This document shows positions 10,783 through 21,517 of a stretch of DNA of 64,000 nucleotides, in pieces. The notes under the pieces are model-generated. The model was not told the origin of the DNA and did not search any database. It was given only the letters and a program-made list of their open reading frames with translations. The DNA is taken from NCBI GenBank assembly GCA_965226885.1, contig CBDDEL010000015.1:256001-320000 (forward strand). Direction: 5' to 3'. Position numbers and translations under genes: made by a program. This stretch comes from Opitutales bacterium (lineage in GTDB: Bacteria > Verrucomicrobiota > Verrucomicrobiia > Opitutales > UBA2987). Position 1 is the stretch's first letter; each line of letters begins with the position of its first letter.

Positions 10783-11378
10783 CTGCGGCATTCGATCCCC
10801 AACCCATCATTCTGGAAAGGAAGCACGCCCGCCTCGAACCATTGGATTTCAGCCACGCCGAAAATCTCTTTGCCAATGGTCGGGAACCGGGATTGTGGGC
10901 TTTATTGGTAAGAGAGAAATTCGAGTCCATAAGCGATGCTCAAAAATGGGTTGAGGAAGCCCTCGAAACCGCGCAAACGGGCTTGGAAATACCCTTCGCC
11001 ATCATTGACAGAAAGTCAGGCCGCGCTGCCGGTTCAACCCGTTACATGGACATTTCAAAACACTTGAGAGCCCTGGAAATAGGTTGGACCTGGCTGGGTA
11101 AAGACTATCGGCGCACGGCCCTGAACACGGAATGCAAATACCTGCTGCTTGAAAACGCTTTTGAAAACTGGGGCACATCCCGTTTGAGTTTCAAAACTGA
11201 TGGGGAAAATTTGCGCTCACAAACCGCCATCGAACGGATCGGCGCCCAGCGCGAGGGCGTTCGCCGCAAACACCGTATCCGCTGGGACGGCTCAATCCAG
11301 GACTCGGTTTACTACAGCATCATCGACACCGAATGGCCCAAAGTAAAAAAGCGCCTGCAAGCGATGATGAAACCGTGA
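10779..11378 (+). CDS. GNAT N-acetyltransferase (RimJ/RimL-like)
   Basis: [26 protein letters not shown] overlap. Confidence 0.88.
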   Translation: MTAAFDPQPIILERKHARLEPLDFSHAENLFANGREPGLWALLVREKFESISDAQKWVEEALETAQTGLEIPFAIIDRKSGRAAGSTRYMDISKHLRALEIGWTWLGKDYRRTALNTECKYLLLENAFENWGTSRLSFKTDGENLRSQTAIERIGAQREGVRRKHRIRWDGSIQDSVYYSIIDTEWPKVKKRLQAMMKP

Positions 11379-11410
11379 TTGCTCCCTAGAATACAGGCAT
11401 TGCCGATTTG

Positions 11411-11443
11411 CACCTTGACACCATAGCACCATTACACCATTTT
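11411..11443 (+). promoter_or_regulatory. vapBC promoter/operator: TTGACA overlapped by four 8-bp direct repeats
   Basis: caccttga caccatag caccatta caccattt; TTGACA at 11415-11420. Confidence 0.55.
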
Positions 11444-11449
11444 AGCGTT

Positions 11450-11677
11450 ATGAGATTATCGGTAAATCTTGAGCCGGATTTATATGCGCTGGCCAAGTCC
11501 CTTGCGAAATCCGAGGATTGCAGCCTGAGCGCCGCTCTCAATCGTCTGGTCCGGCGGGGTTTGCAACGACCGGCTAGCAGCGGGCAAGAGGGCAAGAGGA
11601 ACGGACTTCCCGTTTCGCGGGGAACGATACCTATCACAGCCGATCTTGTCCGGAAAATCGTATCGGAGGGACAATGA
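11450..11677 (+). CDS. Putative VapB-type antitoxin
   Basis: 75 aa with RHH-like start MRLSVNLEPDLY; coupled to a PIN-domain gene. Confidence 0.75.
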   Translation: MRLSVNLEPDLYALAKSLAKSEDCSLSAALNRLVRRGLQRPASSGQEGKRNGLPVSRGTIPITADLVRKIVSEGQ

Positions 11678-12078
11678 CCTGACTGTTGGACGGCAATTTA
11701 TTGGTGGCATTGGTTATCGACAGTCATATACACCATGAGCGTGCCCATCACTGGTTCGCCGATCTGGGCCGGAATCGGTTCGCCACTTGCCTTGTCACCG
11801 AGGGAACGCTGCTGCGAGTGCATATGCAAACCGCAGAAGATGGCTCTGCGGCATCGACCTGGAACAAATTAAAGCAAGTCTGTGCGCATCCGGCCCATGA
11901 ATGGTGGGGCAATGCCTTCAGTTATGTCGATGTTCCTCATCGCAACCTGCAAGGGTCCGCTCAAGTCACCGACGCCTGGCTGGCGGAATTGACACGCCGG
12001 AGAGAGGGTAAGCTGGCCACCCTTGATTCAGCCCTGGCGATGTTGCACGCTGACGTGGCTGAGTTGCTTCCCTTATAA
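11674..12078 (+). pseudogene. VapC PIN-domain toxin with nonsense codon at position 3
   Basis: GGAGG then ATG ACC TGA CTG TTG GAC; then LLDGNLLVAL, TEG, QVTDAWL, LATLD. Confidence 0.75.
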
Positions 12079-12144
12079 TTGTCTTTTTTAAAACGCCTGG
12101 AGGATAAAAAAGAAAACCTCATCAAACCAAGCTCGCCACTGGAT

Positions 12145-12471
12145 TTAATTGTCTTCGGAGGGAGCTTTGGGAAGTGTGAAAATTGTTGAGCGCGTTAGTT
12201 TTCCCTGATACATGAAACCGGAGTGGTACTCGCCAATGCGGGCCTTGTCATGGATAAAATCAAATATTTCGTCTGCCCTGTCGCTCTCTACAACAATGGT
12301 AATAATGTCCACCTCAAGACGGCCTCGTTTGCCTCCGCCTCTACCGCCGGCGACATTTGCGCTAGATATGTTTTTTTCGTCCTTCAGTGTCTTGATTATC
12401 TGGAGGCCCTCTCCCTTGGTAATAATGCAGGTAATTAACCTGCTGTTTTCATTGGTCTGTATATTAGCCAT
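12145..12471 (-). CDS. Divergent P-II-like protein
   Basis: 108 aa; LITCII, EVDIITIVV, ADEIFDFI, GFMY; paralogous to the neighbouring gene. Confidence 0.65.
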   Translation of the reverse strand: MANIQTNENSRLITCIITKGEGLQIIKTLKDEKNISSANVAGGRGGGKRGRLEVDIITIVVESDRADEIFDFIHDKARIGEYHSGFMYQGKLTRSTIFTLPKAPSEDN

Positions 12472-12473
12472 GT

Positions 12474-12854
12474 CTAAGACTCTTCCCCAGCTTTAGAAGC
12501 GGACAGTTTTTTGAGAATTTCAGGCGGAATATAAGTGGCTACTTTTTCCAGAGGAGTAATATACATAATTCCCATTCCGGGAGTGTCTAAATTGCCGGCC
12601 AGATAAACTTTCTCAAATATACTGTCCACCTGATCGCTGGAAACAACTATTGAGATCACCTCTTTTTCCACTTCGACGGCCACGCCAAGAATTCCCAATC
12701 TTTCGCGAATGCCCTCGCCCCTTGCAAAATGGACTGTGGCCCCTTGGGCGCCGGCTTCACGGGCCGTCTTTATAATGATGTCGGCAAGATCACGCTGAAC
12801 TATGCAGGTGATCAAAGCCCCGTTCGTTAATACTGTAATGTCTCTTTTATTCAT
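12474..12854 (-). CDS. P-II family regulatory protein
   Basis: AGAQGATVHFARGEG, EKEVISIVV, PGMGIMYITP. Confidence 0.8.
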   Translation of the reverse strand: MNKRDITVLTNGALITCIVQRDLADIIIKTAREAGAQGATVHFARGEGIRERLGILGVAVEVEKEVISIVVSSDQVDSIFEKVYLAGNLDTPGMGIMYITPLEKVATYIPPEILKKLSASKAGEES

Positions 12855-14452
12855 ACCACAGCGCTCTCCAATTCTTCAAGTTCACGAATGTCCGCCTTTT
12901 CAATCCGTTTAATTTTAAATTGTATCCAGAGCCCCACGCAAAGCACTGAAAGTATAGGGCAAATGGAGGCCATAGACAATATTCCGAACCCTTCAACGGC
13001 CTTCACGGCGGTCCCAAATCCCAATCCCATGGCCAACACCAGAGGAACGGTGACAGGCCCGGTGGTTACACCGGCGCTGTCCCAGGCCACATTGACAAAC
13101 TCTTCGGAGGACAGTGCGGTCAATACAATGGCAAGCAGGTAAAGGGGTATAAGCAATGCGGCGATCGGAACGTCGTAAATAATTTTAAGCACGCCTATGG
13201 TAATGCCTGTGCCGACCCCTACGGATACGGCATACATAAGCGTTCTTTTTTTGAAAACGCCGTTGGTCAAGTTTTCCACCGTCATACCCAGCGCATTTAG
13301 AGCGGGCTCGGCCAGGGTGGCTCCAAAACCGAGAATCCAGGCAAAAATCATGGCGATGCCAATGCCCACTTTGTAAATGTAAAGGGGAGAGTTTTGGATG
13401 GTATCAATTTCGACAAAGGCCGCTGGAATCAGGCTGCCGGATTGACCGCCGAGCTTTGCCAGGCCGTAGCTTAGGCCCACGTTGAACATCATCATTCCAA
13501 GCAATGCCAGGGCCAGCCCGTAAATCACGATCCCCGCATCATGTATTTTTTCTCGAAGGACAAACTTCAAAACAAGATAGAGAAAAAGGACCAGCGGGGC
13601 TATGGCCCGAAACCCCGCAATAATTTCAGGGTAAGGTGTTTTCTCGTGCCAGGCGACACTTGTTCCGACAACGGCAGCGGCGGAAGACTGTGCAGCCTCG
13701 ATAATCATCGCAGGCATCTGTGTAAAGGATACGAATATGGCAAGAACCATGACGCCGACAATCGGAAATATGGAGGCAAGAGTGACAATGCCAAAGCCGG
13801 ACAGCGAGGAATTGCCCTTTCCAGCAGCCGCGGAAATGCCTATCCCCAACGAGAGGACCAAAGGTACGGTTATGGGCCCTGTGGTAACTGCCCCACAATC
13901 CCAGGCAAGCCCGATGATATCTTTCAGGTTGGAGTCGAGCATGCAATAAATAGTCAATCCAAGCCCCGGAACAAGGGCCATGTAAACCATCGGCTTAAGG
14001 CTCCAGCCATTTAGAAATCGCAAGGTCCCCAGCACGGCTGCAAGGCCGACACCCGTGCCTATCACGAGGACAAGAATGCCCGTCCAGTCATTGAGCAATG
14101 TGTATAGATAGGGCGCCTTCTGGACATCCACAATGGATCCCACAGCCTGTAGCGCCCCTATGGCAGGCTCGGCAAAAGTGACCCCGATTCCTAAAAGAAA
14201 AGCGATAAAAAGCACCACGCCCAGTTTCGATTTTTTCGGAAGATTATTTCCAATGATCTCCCCGAAAGGCATTAGGCCAAGTTTCAGGCCCTCCATGAAA
14301 ACCATCAGCCCCAGCAAAACGGCGAACATCCCTCCGGTGATTATCCAATGCTCAGCCACCGATTGCTTTAAAATTAAAACCTGAAACAACATCAGGTAAG
14401 CCGCCAGCGGGACCACCGCTTTAACCTGGTTGATAAACCTTACGCTAACATA

Positions 14453-16263
14453 GAGGCTGTCCCAAAAATATAAAGATTTTATAGTCAACTGGATGACGTT
14501 GATAAAAAGAGCCGGAAAGAGCAAGTTTTTGCTCGATCCGGCCAAAAAAGGGTTCTATAATTGAGTTAGCGAAAATCAATATAGCCCTTTCTATGTCTAT
14601 GAAAAATATAGCCATCCAATGCCTCCTGCGTCCAGCTTTAACTGTGGTCGACCGGTGCCTCGATTACGATAACTTCCGCGCCACCATTGATCGAATCGAT
14701 CGGCTGCTGATCGACTCGGAGGTGGAATCGCAGGCCTTGGAGGGGTGGCCGCCAATGGGTCTAAAGGCCCGGCGGCAGCGGGCCAGTTTTGCCATCAAGG
14801 CACTGCGCATGGATACGCTGGGCCGTCTGCTCGGAGGGATTTCGTTTCGGCATTTGTCGCGGGCTCTGGGCAGCAGCGATCTGTTGGCCGACTTTTGCCG
14901 TGTCCGGCAGATCGATGGCATCAGGGGCATCTCCAAAAGCACCCTGGAGCGGGCCTCGAAGTTTTTCAGCGAAGAGCAGTTGAGGGCCTTGCACCGGACC
15001 TTGACTGAGGTGGTGGGCGATGCCCTTCTGGCCCGGCAGGTGGGATTGGACAAGCCGATTGACACCACCTTTTGCCTGATCGACGGCACCTGTTTGGAGG
15101 CTAACATTCATTGGCCGACGGACTGGGTATTACTCAAGGATGTAGCCGGCACGTTGCTCAAAGCGATCCGGCTGATCCGCGAGAAGGCCGGTTTGCGCCA
15201 TCGCATGCCGATCGAACCGGAGCCCTTGGCTCGGCAGATGAATCGGCTGTGCATACAGATGACCCACAGCCGGCGGCGAAAGGACAGCGCGCGGCAGCGC
15301 AAGGGTATCTTGAGGCAGATGAAAAAGCTGCTCAAACGGATCGGGGAGCATGCCCGCAGTCACCGGGAATTATTGCAAGCCTGCTGGGAGCAAAGCGATT
15401 ACAGCGAAAAACAGGTCCAACAGATCCTCGCCCGGATGGAGCGCATGAGCGAGCAAATCCCGGTGGTCATCAAACAGGCGCACGAGCGGATCATTGGCGG
15501 CCGCCAGGTGAAAAACGCAGAGAAAGTCTTGAGTGTTTACGAACTCGATGGGCAGGTGATTGTGCGAGGTAAAGCGGGCCAAGAGGTCGAGTTCGGCAAC
15601 ACCCTGTTTTTGGGAGAAAGCGTTGAAGGGTACCTGCTGGACTGGAAACTCTACGGCAGCCGAACTCCAAGCGAAAATGAACAAATGCAAGAGAGTTTGC
15701 AAAGACAGAACCGCTTCAACCTGGAAGAACCCATAGCGGCCATGTGCGCGGACCGGGGATTTGCCTCCCAGCGGGCCCGCTGGGAGTTAGCCCAGGAGGG
15801 AATCTACGACGCGCTCTGTCCACGCGATCCGAAGCAGTTGAAAAAACGGATGGAGGAACCACTGTTCAGACAATTGCAAAAGCGCCGGGCCAGCACCGAA
15901 GGGCGGATCGGGGTATTGAAGAATCGCTGGCAGGCCGGGCGGTTGCGCAGCAAAGGCTTTGCCAACCGCTCGATCAGCGTAGCCTGGTCGGTACTCTCGC
16001 ACAACCTATGGAAAGTAGCCAAGATGCTGGCCCAGCAAGACGAACTAAAAACCAAAGCGGCGGCCTAGAGAGCGGAAAAGCAAGGACAATACTTTTTCAC
16101 AGCCTTACTGTCGGCTCATACAAAGAAAACCAGGCAACCGGACCCCAAAACCAGTATCCTAACGTCATAGGAGAGCAAAGTTGATACTCTCCCAAATGCA
16201 AATACCTCTAAAATGAGCGCCTATCAAAAGCCCTCGCAAAAATCACCCTTTTGGGACAGCCTC
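14453..16263 (+). mobile_element. Complete IS (IS5/IS1182-like DDE), ~1.8 kb
   Basis: 15-bp TIR gaggctgtcccaaaa/ttttgggacagcctc; taacata duplicated on both flanks. Confidence 0.9.
14593..16068 (+). CDS. DDE transposase
   Basis: IDGTCLEANIHWPTD, VRGKAGQEVEFG, ADRGF, RASTEGRIG. Confidence 0.9.
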   Translation: MSMKNIAIQCLLRPALTVVDRCLDYDNFRATIDRIDRLLIDSEVESQALEGWPPMGLKARRQRASFAIKALRMDTLGRLLGGISFRHLSRALGSSDLLADFCRVRQIDGIRGISKSTLERASKFFSEEQLRALHRTLTEVVGDALLARQVGLDKPIDTTFCLIDGTCLEANIHWPTDWVLLKDVAGTLLKAIRLIREKAGLRHRMPIEPEPLARQMNRLCIQMTHSRRRKDSARQRKGILRQMKKLLKRIGEHARSHRELLQACWEQSDYSEKQVQQILARMERMSEQIPVVIKQAHERIIGGRQVKNAEKVLSVYELDGQVIVRGKAGQEVEFGNTLFLGESVEGYLLDWKLYGSRTPSENEQMQESLQRQNRFNLEEPIAAMCADRGFASQRARWELAQEGIYDALCPRDPKQLKKRMEEPLFRQLQKRRASTEGRIGVLKNRWQAGRLRSKGFANRSISVAWSVLSHNLWKVAKMLAQQDELKTKAAA

Positions 16264-16501
16264 TAACATAAGGAGTAAGCAGCCGGTGCACATCAATGGC
16301 CCGCAACTTGATTTTTGGCGGGGTATAAGGCTTTTCCTGGCCTTCCGCGTCAAATTGCGGTTTTGGCGTCAGGTCGTTGTAGTCCAGGTATTGCTGCTGA
16401 ATGTTCGATTCACGGATGAATTCTGAAAACTTTATTTCTTTGGCCATAAAGAGCTTACCCTGACAAAGTTAATCAAAATTCCAATTCCTAATGTAAAGCC
16501 T

Positions 16502-16537
16502 TTTGAGAGAAATAACAAATTTGAGAGAAATAACAGA
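16502..16537. repeat. 18-bp tandem duplication with one mismatch
   Basis: tttgagagaaataacaaa tttgagagaaataacaga. Confidence 0.8.
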
Positions 16538-16915
16538 TGCTATATGACGATTTGGGGCTTCCTTCAGTTCAGTAGAGGTATCAGACTGGAACCGCCGTGT
16601 TGCAGGAATCAAAAGCAAGCTTTTGGGCGGCAAAGCGAACAACAGGAAATACTTTACCATCCTCAATGAAAAGCAAGCCAATTCGTTTTCCATCTTTGTC
16701 ACGATAATAGAACCTGTCTCAAATTCGATGATGTTTGTAGCGCCACGGTGGCAGATGCCAGGCGGCTTCGCGCCCAGATGGGCTGGGGCTCCCTCGGGCA
16801 CGAACCATTGCCGATCCGATCTATTATAATTTTACACTTGAAAAGTCTGCCAACCTCCCTTCAATGGCAACCTCAACGGCAGCCGCCAGAGCCACCGGCA
16901 TGGCCAAAGCCACCG

Positions 16916-16994
<79 letters not shown>

Positions 16995-17019
16995 TTTTAG
17001 CTCTTTGATCATCAATGAG

Positions 17020-17065
17020 TTTTTGTATTCTCGAAATAATACTTTTTGTATTCTCGAAATAATAC
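17020..17065. repeat. Perfect 23-bp tandem duplication
   Basis: tttttgtattctcgaaataatac x2. Confidence 0.9.
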
Positions 17066-17246
17066 CTTTGAGTATTTAATTCGACAAGGAGCATATCCAT
17101 CTTGCATTTCCCTTAATTTTAGGGCAAAATGTTTTTTACTCATATTTCCTATTTCATCATAAGATAATTAGCTTGAAATAATCGCTCGATGTTGTTAATA
17201 ATAAGTTACTTAAATATACATATAGCGAGCAAATTCTTAAAATCCA

Positions 17247-18096
17247 ATGGGTGACGCAAAAAAGAGCAGTTTTCGGTTTCAATTCAACCGCCGAATCAAG
17301 TTGGGGTTCCACGGTGCGAAGGTTATAAGTGATGCAGGATTGTTGCTCTACCGGAAATTCGATGAAGTTTCGGGCTGACTGCGATTGGAAGCGAAAATGT
17401 CCTGGATGAGCGCACAGGCAAAAAAATTCAGCATGGCAGAGCCACTTTGAAACACAGATGTTAACCAAACCTGCGAATATGACTGCACAGACGGGCATGA
17501 GCGGTCAATGGTTAGATCAGGTGAATAGGCGAGTTGGGATGAAAAAACTGATTTTCGATATGGATAGTTCGGAGAGCCCGACTTACGGGAAGCAGGAAGG
17601 CTCGGCCTTCAACGGCCATTTCGGGTGCACCTGCTACCATCCCCTGTTCTGATTCAACCAGTTTGGCGATCAGGAACGGGCCAACCTGCTGGAAGGTAAC
17701 GTGCACAGTCCCGACGATTAGTTGTCGGTGCACCAACCGATCATTGCCCACTATCGCGAGTGTCGTTTGAACCGACTGTTCCGTGGTAACGTCGCCTTCG
17801 CTAATACAGGCCTCTACAGTTACCATGAGGAAGAGAATATTTCCTACCCCATCCGACTACAGAGCAACGCGATATTACAAAAACATATCGCCCCTTTACT
17901 CACTCGCCCGGTGGGGCGACCCTCGCGGGCACCCAAAGTGTTTTATGCGAGCTTTCAGTATCAAGCCGTCAGTTGGGAGAGAGTTCGCTGGGTGGTGGCC
18001 AAGGTCGAGTGGCACGCCGGAGAGTTATTTGCGCGGGTCGGTTTCATCGTGACAAATCTGAACTGGCCACCCAAGAAGGTAGCGAAATTTTACAGC
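17247..18096 (+). pseudogene. Degraded IS1380-family transposase
   Basis: ISDAGLLLYR, DMDSSESPTYGKQEG, YHPLF, VVAKVEWHAGELFARVGFIVTN spread over broken frames with stops; truncated. Confidence 0.85.
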
Positions 18097-18165
18097 CATC
18101 TGTTTTCTAATCTATCAATGTTATTTTAACAAATTCATAACATGCTTATAAACATCAAGTTGAGT

Positions 18166-18241
18166 TGGTGGAGCCGATCGGGATCGAACCGACGACCTCT
18201 TGCATGCCATGCAAGCGCTCTTCCAACTGAGCTACGGCCCC
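18166..18241 (-). tRNA. tRNA-Ala(GGC)
   Basis: GGGGCCGTAGCTCAG...CTTGC-ATGGCAT-GCAAG...GGTTCGATCCC...CGGCTCCACCA. Confidence 0.96.
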
Positions 18242-18390
18242 AAAAATGATGGATAAGAGAAAGGAAAGGCGGAATTGAAGGAAATTTGCCTCTCGGGTCA
18301 ATGTCAAATAATACCCGCTTGTTTGAGAATCCCGTTCAGACGTTTAAGCAGCTTTCCATTCTAATTATACGAGTGTGTATGCTTCTTCCT

Positions 18391-19422
18391 TCATTTCCCG
18401 ACCTGCTCGGCGGTTTTCCACTCCAGGATGGATACTACGCTTTCCCGTCCGTTTTCACGGGCATAATCGATGGCGGATTTTCCATCCTTGTCGGTGAGAT
18501 GGATGTGAGCCCCATATTCGAGCAGTTTTTTGACCATTAGGGATTCTCCGGCCCTGGCTGCGTAGAGCAAAGCGGAACGCCCTTTCTTGTCCGCCATGTT
18601 GGGGTCCGCTCCAGCTTTCAATAGATAATTGATTTTATTAAAATTTGCCTCCCGAACTTGATCGATCAAAGTGGTGGCGCCCATGACATCCCTGGCATTG
18701 ATATCGGCGCCTTTTTCGAAAGCGGCGACAAAGATTTCCGGGTTTCCCCCTCAAGCGGCCGAGTGGGCCACGGTCCAGCCTTTATTATCCACCGCCCTTG
18801 GATTGCCACGGAAGGTGAGCACGGTTGAGAAAATATCCGCATTGCCACCCTCGGCCGCGGCCATGAGGACTGTGTAGCCGGATGCATCGGCAGTGTTTAG
18901 ATTCAAGCCTTTTCTGCGAACGATTTCAAATATTCTATTGTTTCCACCGACCGCCGCGGCCATGACGAGAGAATATCCGGTTTTATCAACCGGTCTTCCG
19001 TATCCAGCCTGGGCCAACACTTTATCAAATACTCTTTGATTTCCTCCCGAAGCGGCAGCCATCAAGGTGGAATAGCCTTTTTCTGTGCGCGCCCTGGGAT
19101 CGGCACCCTTTTTCAGGAGGATCGAAAATATCTTTTGATTACCGCGAGCGGCCGCTTCCATCAAAACCGACCAGCTTTCCTCGTTCATGGCCCTGGGATC
19201 GGCACCCCCAAAAATAAGGAAATTAACGGCGGTCGCATCCTGTTTTTTGACAGCCAGCCATAAATTAGCATTAATGGTAAACTGCTGGGAGTTCTCGATG
19301 ATGGCTTCCAGCGGCGTCCTCAACAAGCCCAGGAGGAAAAATGGCATGATGAGGGCAGGGCAAATGCGATAGGCTTTTTTCGTGGGCTCTTTTGGAGGAA
19401 AGGTTGTTAGGGCGGAACTCAT
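18391..19422 (-). pseudogene. Ankyrin-repeat protein with one in-frame TGA (18751-18753)
   Basis: Repeated GxT/SxLMAAAxGGN units; HSAA*GGNPEI continues in frame into ORF 18391..18684. Confidence 0.85.
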
Positions 19423-19491
19423 GGCATTTTGTCGCGCATACTACTAACCGGAGCTTGCCATGACAACCCCCTTTACAACTAATATGACAAA

Positions 19492-21495
19492 ATGTCTGAG
19501 ACGCTTAATTGGGGAATTATCGGAACCGGCCATATCGCCCGTAAATTCGCTGCCGCCCTGGAGGAATCCCCAACGGCCCGGTTGGCCGCGGTGGGCAGTC
19601 GCAGACAAGAAACGGCCGATGCTTTCGGCCAGGAATTCAACGCGCCCAACCGCCATGGCGATTACCAGGCACTCATTGATGATTCTTCGGTCGACGCTGT
19701 CTATATTGCCACCCCCCACCCCTTTCACGCAGAATGGTCCATCCGCTGCGCGGACGCCGGCAAACACCAGATTTGTGAAAAACCCCTGGCCATGAACCAG
19801 GCCGAGGCTATGGCGGCCATTGAGGCGGCCCGCAGAAACAAGGTCTATCTTTACGAGGGTTTCGCCTACCGCTGCACCGAGGTGGCAACCCGCTTGGTCG
19901 ATTTCATCCGCAACGGGGCCATTGGCGAGGTGCGGAGGATAGAGTCGAGTTACAGCTTCAAACTGGCCGCAAAACCGGCCCGACGGCTGGTGGAACCGGA
20001 ACTGGGCGGTGGGGCCATCCTCGATGTCGGATGCTACCCCGTCTCCCTCGTTCGAATGCTGGTGGGGGCTGCTCTGGGGCAAGCTTTCGCCAATCCTGTC
20101 GATCTCAAGGGAATGGCGCGAATGGGACCGAACGGGATCGATCTTCATGCCCTGGCTTTCCTGAAATTTGAAAATGGAATAATGGCAAAAGTATCCACCG
20201 GACTTGATGCCCGCGATGACAGTCCCTTGTTGGTATTGGGAGAGAAGGGGAAAATTTCCATGGGTTCCCCCTGGCAAAGCGAGGGCAAATTTCTTTTGCA
20301 AAGTGAGGGCAAGGATGCGGAGGAAATCGAATTAAAAAGGGACAAAGGTCTATTCGTTTACCAAATCGAGGAAGCGGCTCGGCGTTTGCCAGAGGGACAA
20401 TCGCCCGCCATGAGTTGGGCGGATTCCCTGGGAAACATAAAAACTCTGGATCTCTGGCGGCAGGCGGTGGGCCTCACCTACCCCTGTGAGAAGGCAAAAT
20501 CCCGACGCTGGCCCATACACCGCGACTCCCTCCAGCCTTCCCCTGATCATAACATGAAATATGGCCGCATTGCCGGCCTCGAGAAAAAGATTTCAAGCCT
20601 CGTCATGGGAACCGATTACTGTCCGGGAGATGCTCATGCAGCTGTTATATTCGATGATTTTTTCGAGCGGGGCGGCAACTGTTTCGATACTGCTGAAATA
20701 TATTCTAACGGGGAAAGAGAAAAAGTTCTGGGCCGCTGGATGAAAAACCGGTCGTTGCGGCAGGAGATCGTTGTCATGGACAAAGGTGGGCATACACCCT
20801 TCTGTTGGCCGGATATTATTCGGGCCAGTGTTCCCAAAAACCTGGAACGGCTGCAAACGGATTATATCGATATTTACATGCTCCACCGCGACAATCCAGA
20901 GGTGCCGGTGGGCGAGTTTATCGACGTCCTTAACGAACACCTGAATGCCGGCCGCATTCGGGCTCTGGGCGCATCCAACTGGACCAGGGAGCGTGTTGAT
21001 GAAGCCAACGCCCACGCGGCCAAAAAGGGCCTCCAGGGTTTTACCGCGGTGAGCAATAATTTCAGCCTCGCCCGCATGGTCAACCCTGTATGGGCGGGCT
21101 GCCTGGCCTCCTCCGAACCGTCTTACAGGCGATGGCATGGGGAAACACAAATGCCCCTCATGTCCTGGAGCAGCCAGGCGCGCGGATTCTTCACGGATCG
21201 ATCCGGTCCTCAGAAAAAACATGATCGACTGATGGTCAACGCCTGGTACAGCGATGATAATTTTGAAAGAAAAAGACGGGCCGGGGCGCTGGCCGAAGAA
21301 AAAGGCGTTTTGCCCATCAATATAGCCTTGGCCTACGTCCTCGCGCAGCCCTTCCCCACATACGCCCTTTTTTGCCCCCAAACGCTGGAAGAAATGCGAA
21401 CCACCGTGGACGGTTTGGACCTTGAATTAACCGCAGAAGAGATTAACTGGCTTAACCTGGAATCAGAAAAACGACCCAACCAGACAATATTTTAA
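19492..21495 (+). CDS. Gfo/Idh/MocA oxidoreductase fused to an aldo/keto reductase
   Basis: WGIIGTGHIA, CEKP, GGGAILDVGCY; then FDTAEIY, DIYMLHRD, LGASNW. Confidence 0.88.
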   Translation: MSETLNWGIIGTGHIARKFAAALEESPTARLAAVGSRRQETADAFGQEFNAPNRHGDYQALIDDSSVDAVYIATPHPFHAEWSIRCADAGKHQICEKPLAMNQAEAMAAIEAARRNKVYLYEGFAYRCTEVATRLVDFIRNGAIGEVRRIESSYSFKLAAKPARRLVEPELGGGAILDVGCYPVSLVRMLVGAALGQAFANPVDLKGMARMGPNGIDLHALAFLKFENGIMAKVSTGLDARDDSPLLVLGEKGKISMGSPWQSEGKFLLQSEGKDAEEIELKRDKGLFVYQIEEAARRLPEGQSPAMSWADSLGNIKTLDLWRQAVGLTYPCEKAKSRRWPIHRDSLQPSPDHNMKYGRIAGLEKKISSLVMGTDYCPGDAHAAVIFDDFFERGGNCFDTAEIYSNGEREKVLGRWMKNRSLRQEIVVMDKGGHTPFCWPDIIRASVPKNLERLQTDYIDIYMLHRDNPEVPVGEFIDVLNEHLNAGRIRALGASNWTRERVDEANAHAAKKGLQGFTAVSNNFSLARMVNPVWAGCLASSEPSYRRWHGETQMPLMSWSSQARGFFTDRSGPQKKHDRLMVNAWYSDDNFERKRRAGALAEEKGVLPINIALAYVLAQPFPTYALFCPQTLEEMRTTVDGLDLELTAEEINWLNLESEKRPNQTIF

Positions 21496-21517
21496 TAATT
21501 CCTCAAACTAACTGTAA

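Larger units (their letters stand above)
12851..16447 (-). pseudogene. Tandem DUF1538 membrane protein interrupted by an IS
   Basis: Two AEPA...AWDxxxVTTGPxTVP repeats; removing the IS and one target copy rejoins ...LLTPYV-SVRFINQV in frame. Confidence 0.88.

Noticed and set aside
16585..16605. gaaccgccgtg resembling group II intron domain V
   Set aside because: No complementary arm, no domain VI and no reverse transcriptase nearby
16469..16829. Short ORFs between the DUF1538 gene and tRNA-Val
   Set aside because: No motifs or RBS; one spans a duplication; probably non-coding
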